A DNA stretch of 64,000 nucleotides. Origin: an uncultured Acidobacteriota bacterium. Its GTDB lineage: Bacteria; Acidobacteriota; Terriglobia; Terriglobales; Acidobacteriaceae. Of this stretch, positions 42,508-50,895 are shown piece after piece. The stretch is taken from the NCBI GenBank assembly GCA_963720155.1, contig CAVREP010000016.1, positions 4,847 to 68,846 of the forward strand. The letters are read 5' to 3'. The position numbers and the translations under genes were made by a program. A model generated the notes under the pieces. It did no database searches and was not told the origin of the DNA. It saw nothing but the letters and a program-made list of their open reading frames with translations. Within the stretch, counting starts at the first letter, position 1, and the number at the start of each line of letters is the position of its first letter.

Positions 42508-42753
42508 TTACAACGTTCGCAAACATCGCAGATCCACAATGTTGAGCTCGATGCTGCGTGGAATCTTCCCTTCCCTCTTGAACTTTTGGAAACCGGGCTT
42601 GCTCATCAGCACAATCGAGTCATACCCTTTTCGTAACGCTGCGCGACGTAGTTTTGCGTCGAGCGCGAATCGTTCCCTAACGGTTATCTCTTGATGGGAC
42701 TCGACACGGCCGATGAGCTTGGCAATGAAATCAAACGGATAGTAATGAGGCAC
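42508..42753 (-). CDS. hypothetical protein
   Basis: 81-aa ORF with a GTG start. No motif recognised. Low-GC surroundings. Confidence 0.3.
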   Translation of the reverse strand: MPHYYPFDFIAKLIGRVESHQEITVRERFALDAKLRRAALRKGYDSIVLMSKPGFQKFKREGKIPRSIELNIVDLRCLRTL

Positions 42754-42959
42754 GCGATGAAAAAAGAACCTTAAAAATTACTTGACGGAAACCGCATTAA
42801 AGAAGAGGGGCCAGTGCCCCCTTGTGGATCCCCCGCAGGGGAGGAAATTGCGGGCGCCTTTGCGGATGATGCGACGGGTTTTGATGGGAAAAGAAAAGTA
42901 ATTTGGGGGGCGGCGGGAGCCTCAGCTACGCGAAGCTGAAAGCGATCGTGAGACTCCTC

Positions 42960-43247
42960 TCAGAGCGACTTGCCCTTGAAGGTGTTCTTGACGGGCTGCG
43001 GCCGGGGCTCGCGCGACAACTCGATTTTGTGTTTCTGCAGGATCGGCTTCAGAAGCGCGCCGAACTTTTGCGCGTGCTGCTCGGATTCCCACACCTCGAA
43101 CACCTTGAAGTCGGCGCCCGCGCCAGAGGCCACGTGATACGTCATGCCCTCGGGCGGCCAGATTCCCTGATCCTTCATATCCTTCATGACACTGTCGTAC
43201 TGTAAATCGGCGCCTGCCTTGGGCTCGAAAAGCAGCGTGATCGCCAT
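42960..43247 (-). CDS. small hypothetical protein (possible dimeric alpha/beta-barrel fold)
   Basis: ATG 43247 is preceded by AAGGGGAG. 95 aa: MAITLLFEPKAG..FKVFEVWESEQHAQKF. Confidence 0.5.
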   Translation of the reverse strand: MAITLLFEPKAGADLQYDSVMKDMKDQGIWPPEGMTYHVASGAGADFKVFEVWESEQHAQKFGALLKPILQKHKIELSREPRPQPVKNTFKGKSL

Positions 43248-43390
43248 GTTTTCTCCCCTTGTGCTCACCCGGAATTTCCGTTTTGACTTCCCAGCCGGGC
43301 CGCAATGTACATTTAAGGGAATCAGAATACCATTTCTATGTGTATCCAGGGGGATTTGTAAAGGGTGGGAGGCTCCCCTCCCCGTCCATC

Positions 43391-43568
43391 CCGCCCCGTC
43401 TCGGTTTGCGAGACAAACCTTTATAGAAGCGCGTCTTCACGCGCGGGCGGGACACTCTTTTAAACAGCGCGCGTACACCCGTCCCGCTTTTGCGGGACAA
43501 GTCTCTGTAAAATACGCGCCTGCGCGCGTGGGGGGCCGGGGGACGAAGTGGAGCCCGAGACGGGACGG
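43391..43568. repeat. intergenic block of three related hairpin-bearing units closed by a 14-bp long-range helix
   Basis: Units contain GTCTCG-GTTTG-CGAGAC, GTCCCGC-TTTT-GCGGGAC and GCGCG..CGCGC palindromes. CCGCCCCGTCTCGG (43391-43404) is complementary to CCGAGACGGGACGG (43555-43568) with one mismatch. Confidence 0.4.
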
Positions 43569-43570
43569 TC

Positions 43571-43846
43571 CTATCGGAATACGAGGTTTGGCGCGGGAAA
43601 ATGAATGTTCAGCTTGTAGCAAATGAAGAGAACCAGGATCGCGCCCAGTGTTGAAAAAATGAGGCCGGCGGGATGATATCGTTCGTTTGCCGGGCGCGAA
43701 AACATGTGGGCAACGCCGCCGCCGATGATCGATCCGATGATGCCGAGCACGATCGTCCAGAAGATCGTCATATGCACGTGCATCACCGATTTCGCGATAA
43801 CCCCCGAGATCAGCCCAATAAAAATATACCAGATTAAGTGAAACAT
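43571..43846 (-). CDS. GlsB/YeaQ/YmgE-family small membrane protein
   Basis: ATG 43846 behind GGAGGG. MFHLIWYIFIGLISGVIAK..IVLGIIGSIIGGG. The longer track ORF (to 44014) has no support upstream. Confidence 0.8.
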   Translation of the reverse strand: MFHLIWYIFIGLISGVIAKSVMHVHMTIFWTIVLGIIGSIIGGGVAHMFSRPANERYHPAGLIFSTLGAILVLFICYKLNIHFPAPNLVFR

Positions 43847-44349
43847 ACTCTTCCCTCCAGCGTTTGCCTTCAGAACGTCGTCGAGTATAACCCAGGGTTT
43901 GGCAATTAAGCAGCCTTTCCCATGGCATTGATCGGCTTTCCAAATTTTTATTGAACGTTTAGCTGCCGGATGTCGGCAGCAAAACTCGCCAGCCTCATCG
44001 GCGCAGAATTTCAATTTCGCTCAGCTTTTACAGCATAGCCATAACCGCATCAAGATAATCTGAGAAAGATGCATGCAGGTCGTGGAAGCGATATTGAACG
44101 GGGTGTCGGGCATAGATCTTGTGAGTTCTTCCAATGACATTTCCCCGGAACTGCTGCAGGGCGGTAGCCGCCCTGCCCAATTTCCTCCACTACGCCGTTT
44201 CTCCGTTTGGCGTGTTTGTCACTGAATTGCCACCCGCAATCCTTTCGCCGACCATTCTCGCGCGTGAGCAAAACTTATCAGCAAAAACTCATCATCTTTC
44301 AGCATGATTGATTAGATCGAATCTCACACGTTTTGGGCTTGGAGGAACT

Positions 44350-44421
44350 ATGTTAGGTTACGGCTTGCTGGGAACACTTGTTGTAATAGCGCTGGTTGTT
44401 TTGATCGTCCGCGGTCTGTGA
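44350..44421 (+). CDS. 23-aa hydrophobic peptide (not in the ORF track)
   Basis: GGAGGA lies 5 nt before the ATG. Sequence MLGYGLLGTLVVIALVVLIVRGL followed by a stop. Confidence 0.4.
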   Translation: MLGYGLLGTLVVIALVVLIVRGL

Positions 44422-44549
44422 ACCCAAAGCTCTGGGCGCGTACAGCAACCGCGTCCAGCGGTACTCCCCTACTTCACACTGCCGTCGTCCCGGAAGACTC
44501 CGGTCAATAGACCACCCGAAGAACGGGCCCAAGCCCTCTCGTCTCAGAT

Positions 44550-44720
44550 TTATTTCAACGAACTAGGTTTCTGTTGGCATTCGTGCGCGTCGAACTGAGC
44601 CTTAACTTCCCGCGCAGCTTGTTCGTAGCCTTTCGATGACGATTTGAAGGACGCGGAGCACGCCTCGCAAACACAAAACATGGGATTCTCGTTGACGACC
44701 CTCAGTTTGCGCTCCGGCAT
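44550..44720 (-). CDS. small Cys-containing hypothetical protein
   Basis: ATG 44720 behind GGGAGGGGAG. MPERKLRVVNENPMFCVCEACSASF.. Confidence 0.45.
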   Translation of the reverse strand: MPERKLRVVNENPMFCVCEACSASFKSSSKGYEQAAREVKAQFDAHECQQKPSSLK

Positions 44721-44753
44721 ATGACGCTCCCCTCCCTCCCCCATTTTCCAAAG

Positions 44754-44960
44754 CTAACGCTGCCGCAGTCGGCGAATCCTGGGAGAGAAATTAACCTCCA
44801 GACACTTCGAGCAAGGGCACCTGAACGCCGTATCGTTCGAAAAGACAATGTGGCCGCAGCTTTCGCAAATCAGCTGCCCGTTGGGGAGAACTTTCATCGC
44901 CCTGAATCCCTTGCCCAAAACACAATAGGGACAGCAGGTTTCCTTCGGTGTCCTCTTCAC
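44754..44960 (-). CDS. small zinc-ribbon-like protein
   Basis: 68 aa with CCPYC..CESCGH..CPCSKC cysteine pairs. GTG start behind GAGG. Confidence 0.5.
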   Translation of the reverse strand: MKRTPKETCCPYCVLGKGFRAMKVLPNGQLICESCGHIVFSNDTAFRCPCSKCLEVNFSPRIRRLRQR

Positions 44961-45028
44961 CTCAAACCTCAGATTCGCTAGCGAGGGTACGACTCGTGCG
45001 CCGGCGACGGCAATACAGTGAATTGAGT

Positions 45029-45056
45029 AATTATGCGTTGTACATAGATATGCGGA
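45029..45056. repeat. RIT1 inverted repeat, left
   Basis: AATTATGCGTTGTACATAGATATGCGGA. The reverse complement of 53510-53537 matches with 3 mismatches. Confidence 0.8.
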
Positions 45057-45182
45057 CTCTTATCAACACAGGCGTTGTATCTTTAGGCTCTGCCTGTTCG
45101 GCAAGGCACGAGGGTTTCCGATTTACTCTGCATAACGTAGCCTTTCTCGGGCCACCAAGCGTGGGGCAGAGAGAGGACCTAC

Positions 45183-46415
45183 ATGGACATTTCTAAAGTT
45201 GTCGTACGGTCGCACCGTATGAGGGCAGGCAGCGTGGCTCGGCATCTTATAATAAGGGCTTTGCCACCCAGCTTGCGGAAGTCGGTTACACATCCTTAAC
45301 GATCAACGATTTCCTGATCTCGGCCATCCATTTCGGCGCGTGGCTGGAGGTCAGCGGCCAGTCTTTAGACGAGGTTGGCAAGCTGACCGTTTTTGCATTT
45401 GGAGCGCATCGCTGCAAGTGTCCTGGGGGCCGCAGCCTGAAACGTGTTTCGCGACGTTTCACGGCACGTGTTCAGCGCTTCGTTGACTACCTGCAGCAAC
45501 AGGGAGCTATCAGCCCACTCACGAATTCAACAAGTGAGACTTCTGCGCCACTGAGCACGTTCCGCAACTGGCTTTTGAGTCATCGGGGATTGGCTATCTG
45601 TACGGTGAATCGTCACGAACGCCTTATCACGCAAATGCTACCCGCCCTTGGGGCGGACGCGGCCAACTATAACGCAGCTTCTGTAAGGAAGGTCATCCTA
45701 GACCGGATCCGTGGCTGTCGGCCCGATGGTGGTTTCTCTTCGTGTTTATTTGCGGTTTCTGGCGACCAGTGGTGCATGCCAGGCCGGTCTCGACCATGCA
45801 CTTCCGCCCGTGGCAGAGTGGAGACTCTCGTCATTACCGCGTTACCTCGATGCCGCGCAGGCAACTCGTCTCATTGACTCCTGTGGGAAGAACGGACCGC
45901 AAGGACTGCGGGACCGCGCCATCGTGCTATTGCTGATTCGGCTTGGACTACGAGCAGGAGACATTGCCGGTATGCGTCCAGGCGATATCAGCTGGCAGGA
46001 TGCAACTTTGCTGGTACGAGGCAAGGGACGCAGGGACGTCCGTCTACCTTTGCCACAGGACGCAGGGGACGCAGTTCTGGAGTACATGGAACGGGCACGA
46101 CCTCAGGTTGCTATTGACCGTGTGTTTCTGTGCGTAAACGCCCCATTCCGCCCGCTGGGATTTGGTTCTAACGTCTCGTGCATCGTTCGCGCTGCACTGC
46201 AACGGGCCGGGATCAAAAATCCCCCAACCTTTGGTGCGAACCTCCTCCGCCACACGGCAGCAACAACGATGCTTCGTGCGGGCTCGACTCTGTATGAGAT
46301 AGGTACGGTCCTCCGGCATAAGTCTCCCAACACGACAGCGCATTATGCCAAGGTGGACGTTGCGACACTTCAGCAAATCGCACAACCCTGGCCGAATGGG
46401 GAGGGAACATGTTGA
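45183..46415 (+). pseudogene. ritA: tyrosine recombinase RitA, two frameshifts
   Basis: MDISKVVVRS (ATG 45183), then a shift near 45210 to ..GFATQLAEVGYTSLTINDFL..RKVILDRIRGC, then a shift near 45715-45735 to MVVSLRVYLRFL..LLRHTAATTMLRAGSTLYEIGTVLRHKSPNTTAHYAKV. Colinear with the intact 412-aa RitA2. Confidence 0.8.
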
Positions 46416-47323
46416 GCGACGCTGTCACTCGCCACATCGAACTGCATCGCAGCATGGGATTCAAGTTCAGAGACGAGGCGTATATGCTCCGAGGTTTTGC
46501 CGCTTTCGCAGAAAGTCGGTCTGAACTTTTCGTTCGCACGGAAACAGTTCTGGAGTGGGCGGCCAGTGCGCCTTCGGTCAGTCGACGCCATGATCGCCTG
46601 CGCACCATCCGTCGTTTTGCATATGCCTTGATGACGGAAGACGACCGTCATCAGGTGCCACCGGACGATGCTTTTGGCCGCGCACAGAAGCGGCATCGAA
46701 AATGCCATATTTTTGTTCAGGACGAAATCAACCGCCTTCTGCGAGCCGCCGCACAACTGAAACCGAAGGGATCGATACGGCCAGCTACGTACGTCGCCTT
46801 GCTTTCGCTCATCGCGGCCACCGGACTCCGCGTTTCTGAAGCCTTAAAACTACAGGTGTCCGATATCACTGAAGACGGGTTGCTCATCCGTAAAACAAAA
46901 TTCCAAAAGAGCCGTTTGGTTCCTCTGCATGCGAGTGCGCATCAGGGATTGCGGCAGTATCTCGTCGCACGCGGGAGAATCAGGATAACCACACCGAATG
47001 TCTTCGTTTCCCAGCGCGGCGCTGCACTCCCGTACGATACGGTCAGCAAGACTTTCCTCAACTTGGCGCGATCAGAAGGCCTGCGCGAAGGTCCGGGGCA
47101 TGGCGGTTGTCATATTCACGATATTCGCCATACATTCGCCGTCAGGTCGCTCGAACAGTGTTCGAGCGACCGCAGAGCTGTCGCGCAACATATGGCCGCG
47201 CTGAGCACCTATCTAGGTCACGCTCATGTCTCCGATACGTATTGGTATCTGCAGGTCACGCCGAAGCTTCTGGGCGACATAGCACTGGCCGCTGAGATTC
47301 TACACAGGGGAGGTGAGCAATGA
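46409..47323 (+). CDS. ritB: tyrosine recombinase RitB
   Basis: 304 aa. LRVSEAL, HDIRHTFA, LGHAHVSDTYWYL. Overlaps the ritA1 stop, and its own stop overlaps the ritC1 ATG (ATGA). Confidence 0.85.
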   Translation: MLSDAVTRHIELHRSMGFKFRDEAYMLRGFAAFAESRSELFVRTETVLEWAASAPSVSRRHDRLRTIRRFAYALMTEDDRHQVPPDDAFGRAQKRHRKCHIFVQDEINRLLRAAAQLKPKGSIRPATYVALLSLIAATGLRVSEALKLQVSDITEDGLLIRKTKFQKSRLVPLHASAHQGLRQYLVARGRIRITTPNVFVSQRGAALPYDTVSKTFLNLARSEGLREGPGHGGCHIHDIRHTFAVRSLEQCSSDRRAVAQHMAALSTYLGHAHVSDTYWYLQVTPKLLGDIALAAEILHRGGEQ

Positions 47324-48099
47324 ATCCCCTCGGTCCGCACCTGACAGTATTCCTGCGCGAATACCTTCCAAGACAACGTGAAATGAGCGCACAAACGTCC
47401 GACACGTATGCGTATGCCTTCCAACTGCTGGTGTGTTTCGCTGCCAAGCGCCTGAAGACGACTCCTTCTAAGCTCTCCATCGAGCAACTCGATGCGACAC
47501 TCGTGTTGGCTTTCCTCGAAAGCCTCGAAAAAGAGCGGGGAAACTGCGCCAAAACACGCAACTCACGACTAGCCGCTGTCAAAACGTTCTTCCGTTTCCT
47601 GGAATACCGGTTACCGTCCTGCCTTGATCAGGCCCGACGAGTTCGCGCTATCCCGGTGAAGAAAACCGACGAGGTCATCGTCGGTTTTCTCAATCGCGAG
47701 GAGATCCAGGCTTTGTTGGATGCTCCTGATCCAAAATCCCGATACGGGTTGCGGGACCGCGCCATGCTTTATCTTGCCTATGCTTGCGGACTGCGTGTCT
47801 CGGAACTCGTCTGTCTACACATGGATGATTTAGCCTTCCATCCTCAACCGACGATTCATGTGATGGGAAAGGGCCGACGCGAGCGGGTGCTGCCGCTGTG
47901 GAAAGAGACAGCCATAGCGCTTCGGGATTGGGTTAAGGTGCGAGGCGAGACAAAAAGTGGAGCTATATTCCTGAACGCTGGTCACGAGGCTATGACCCGG
48001 TCGGGATTCGAATACATTCTGGCCAAGCACGTTCAGACTGCCAGCGTCAGGCAACCTTCGTTGACCAGAAAGCGAGTATCACCTCACATCATGCGACAC
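47320..48099 (+). pseudogene. ritC: tyrosine recombinase RitC, 5' part (interrupted by RIT2)
   Basis: Sensible up to ..VMGKGRRERVLPLWKET..KRVSPHIMRH (codon CAC 48097-48099). The following 45 codons are RIT2 end sequence. Confidence 0.85.
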
Positions 48100-48122
48100 T
48101 ATCTACCCTTCCTGACTATGTC
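48100..48122. repeat. RIT2 inverted repeat (ritC-proximal end)
   Basis: TATCTACCCTTCCTGACTATGTC, the exact reverse complement of 53176-53198. Confidence 0.9.
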
Positions 48123-48223
48123 GAGTGATATGGAGTGGTCTGGCGATCGTTCAATAATTGCAGACCCCAACGCAAATCGAGTCGATCAATCACCCGACAT
48201 AGTTTTCCCCGTTTTTCTCTGCT

Positions 48224-48644
48224 CTACAAACTATTGAGGAAGCCAAGCAGTTGGTCTCCCGGTTGGTAGCGCCCCGGTCTGCCGTGCGACGGTGATGTTT
48301 TGGCAAGGGCCCGCTCCTTCATTGCGAGTGTGGCTTCGAGATAAATCTGCGTGGTCTCCACCGACTCATGTCCGAGCCACAATGCAATAACGGAACGATC
48401 CACGCCCGCTGGTAGAAGGTCCATCGCCATCGTGTGCCTCAGGCGATGAACGGTGACCCGCTTTTCCTTCAACGACGGGCAGACTTTGGATGCTGTCGTG
48501 CGATGCTTGGTCAGCAGGTACTGCACACCGTGGACACTGAGACGTTCACCCTGAGCGCTGGGAAAGAGCAAGTCGTCGCCACCACGTTGCGGTTGTCGAA
48601 GCCAGGCTTTCAATACAGCGAGTGTGGATTGGGCAAGAGGTGTG
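48224..48644 (-). pseudogene. ritC: RitC2, 3' part
   Basis: ..CTPLAQSTLAVLKAWLRQ..KRVTVHRLRHTMAMDLLPAGVDRSVIALWLGHESVETTQIYL.. Continuous with 50318-50895 once 48645-50317 is removed. Confidence 0.85.
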
Positions 48645-49382
48645 GTGCAGCGATGCTAGCTGCCATTCTAGCGGGTGCAAGACCCGCCCGTGGAACTTGC
48701 CCAGTTGCCACGGTAGCAATATCCGGCGGTGAAACGGGAGACCAATTCACCGGAAGCCCGGAAGTAAAAGCCCCCGTTGGCCGAGCAGAGATGCTTGGTC
48801 GGATCCGCCAGGGGGGCAAACAACTCGACAGGTCGTAACGCAAGTGAACCGTAGTTAAGCTCCGAAATAGCCCCCCACGGGAAGCGGATTGTGGGAAATG
48901 ATGGAAGTGCCGAGTCGCTCACGCTATGACGAAGGCCAACGTCGACGGCGAAGGAACTGGGTACATGCAACCGTCGAACTTCCTGGAGTCGCAGAGGACG
49001 ACATGTTGAGACAGAATGGTCAGCGAAAGCACGGAACCACTCCCGGGTCGCCTAGGCGCACCCGCACAGCGAAGGCATCGCATATAAACCGCCCTGCGGC
49101 GAAACTGCGTTGTGCCCGAGAGTGGGACGGATGTGGCCGAATAAGTGTTGATGGACTGGGACAACATAACCCAGACCGGAGCGAGGGCCACTGGGGTAGA
49201 AGAGGGAACTCTTCGCATGGTGGTGTGTCGTTAGCCCCTCCTTCCCGACTCTGAGCGGGAGTTCAAGGAGTAGGCCCGATGCACGAAGGACAGAGGCAAA
49301 GCAAGCGAACCGCTGAGCATGCCGGGTGCAGGCTTAACCAGCGGGACGTGCGCGAAGGCGCTGTCTGACAGGCCAGCCTTTC

Positions 49383-49414
49383 AGCCGTACTGGGGTAAAC
49401 CCACTGTACGGAAT
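49383..49414 (+). ncRNA. group II intron domain V (outer copy)
   Basis: AGCCGUAC-UGGG-GUAAA-CCCA-CU-GUACGG. AGC triad at the 5' base and a 2-nt 3' bulge. Confidence 0.75.
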
Positions 49415-49440
49415 GATAGGGGGGACGGTGGAAACGTCGG

Positions 49441-50277
49441 GTGCAGCGATGCTAGTTGGCGTTCTAGCTGGTGAGAGTCCAGCCAGGGGAACTTGCCCAG
49501 TTGCCCCTGTAGTGATATCCGGCGGCGGAGCGGGTGACCAATCCGACCGGAAGCCCGGAAGTAAACGTCCACGTCGGCTGGGTGAAAACCTAGTCAGCTC
49601 CGACAGGTGGGCTAGCAAATCAGCAGGTTGTAGCGAAAGTGAACTGTAGGTAAACCTCGAAAACCACCGCCCCACGAGAATCGGAGGGTGGGGAGCCTCG
49701 GAAGTGCCGAGACGTCCGACGTAGTCGAAGGCCAGTGTTGTCGGTGAAGGAACTGGGTGCATGCAGCCGACAAACTTCCCGTGGTCGCAGGGGACGACAT
49801 GTTGATAGAGGACAGCCAACGAAAGCACGGAACCACTCGTGGGGCGCCTAGGCGCACCCGCACAGCGAAGGCATCGCCTATAAACCGCAAGCCGGCGAAA
49901 TGGCGGTGTACCCACGAGTGGGACGCATGAGGCCGATTAAGTGAGGATGGTCCGGGACAACATAACCCGGACCGGAGCGAGGGCCTCTGGGGTAGAGGAG
50001 ATTACTCCTCGCATGGCGGTGCATCTTTTAGCCATCCTTCCCGACACAGTGCGGGAGTTAAGGAGCATGGCCCGGATGCGCGAAGGACGGATGCAAAGCA
50101 GGCGTTGCGCTGGGTATGCCGGGTGCAGGCTTAACCAGTGGAGCGAGTGCCAAGGCGCTGTCTGATAGGCCAGCCTTCCAGCCGGACTGGGGAAAACCCG
50201 CTGTCCGGAATGATAGGGAGGACGATGGAAACATCGGCATCATTCGAAGCCCGATTAGCGCCATCGTCCTACCCGAC
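49441..50277 (+). mobile_element. ORF-less group II intron (inner, 837 nt) inserted in domain VI of the outer intron
   Basis: 5' GUGCAGCG. EBS1 CCGACGU and EBS2 CCACCG are perfectly complementary to the upstream flank. Domain V at 50180. Domain VI 50216-50228/50261-50274 with bulged A 50271. 3' ..ACCCGAC. Confidence 0.85.
50180..50211 (+). ncRNA. group II intron domain V (inner copy)
   Basis: AGCCGGAC-UGGG-GAAAA-CCCG-CU-GUCCGG. Compensatory change relative to the outer copy. Confidence 0.75.
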
Positions 50278-50317
50278 CATCATTCGAAGCCCGCTACGCG
50301 CCACTGTCCTACCCGAC

Positions 50318-50895
50318 CAGCGTTCTTTGCGGCCCTTGCCGATCACGCGCAGGTGAGCCCCAGTCCCAACGATGAGGTCCGCGCGTTTGAGACCGGTCAT
50401 TTCCGATAAGCGTAGGCCCGTCTGTACCGCCACGAGCAGAAAGGCGTGATCGCGCCGACCAGACCAGGTGAACTGATCCGGAGCGGCCAGCAAGGCATCG
50501 ACTTCGGGGCGAGTGAGGAACTGGACCAGGGTACGGGTGAAACGCTTGCTGGGGATGGCGAGCACACGCTGGATCTGTGCGGAATGGGCAGGCGACTCGA
50601 AAGCCGCGTATCGAAAGAAGGAGTGAATCGCTGTCAGGCGCAGATTACGACTGCGAATACTTACGCCTCGGTGCTTTTCCAGTTCATCCAAAAAAGCCAC
50701 GATCAGGGGGGCATCAATCTCCTCGAAGGTCAGGCGTGATGGCGGTTTGCGAAGCCGCTGCTGAACGAACTTCAGGAACTGTCGGAAGCAGTCGCGATAG
50801 GAACTGATGGTGTGTGGGCTCGCCTGACGCTGCTGCATCAAGCGCTGGGTAAAGAAACGCTGCAATAGGGGAGCCAAGCTGATGGGAGTGATCAT
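50318..50895 (-). pseudogene. ritC: RitC2, 5' part
   Basis: MITPISLAPLLQRFFTQRLMQQR..LRVIGKGRKER. ATG 50895 overlaps the ritB2 stop (ATGA). The frame runs into intron sequence after 50318. Confidence 0.85.

Larger units (their letters stand above)
48645..50317 (+). mobile_element. ORF-less group II intron (outer; 836 nt of own sequence split by the inner copy)
   Basis: 5' GUGCAGCG. EBS1/EBS2 loops match the 5' flank. Domain V at 49383. Domain VI strands at 49419-49431 and 50301-50314 with bulged A 50311, 7 nt from the 3' end ..ACCCGAC. Confidence 0.85.

Noticed and set aside
48889-49915. ORFs inside the intron copies (48889..49254 +, 49334..49915 -, 49413..49649 +) as possible intron-encoded proteins.
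   Set aside because: They are short and Arg/Gly/Pro-rich. They have no reverse-transcriptase or maturase motifs and are not conserved in frame between the two copies.
50238-50317. A 40-nt tandem direct repeat that at first looked like a minisatellite or a two-unit CRISPR-like array.
   Set aside because: Each unit is the 3' strand of a group II domain VI, one per nested intron. There are only two units, no spacer, and each pairs with a different upstream 13-nt strand.
48645-50317. The possibility that the intron stack is on the - strand, in sense with ritC2. The reverse complement would start GUCGG and end ..GCAC.
   Set aside because: On the - strand, domain V would lie about 100 nt from the 5' end and its triad and loops would read wrongly. 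The AGC-first D5, GAAA-type loops, the bulged-A D6 7 nt from the end and the EBS/flank pairings only work on the + strand.
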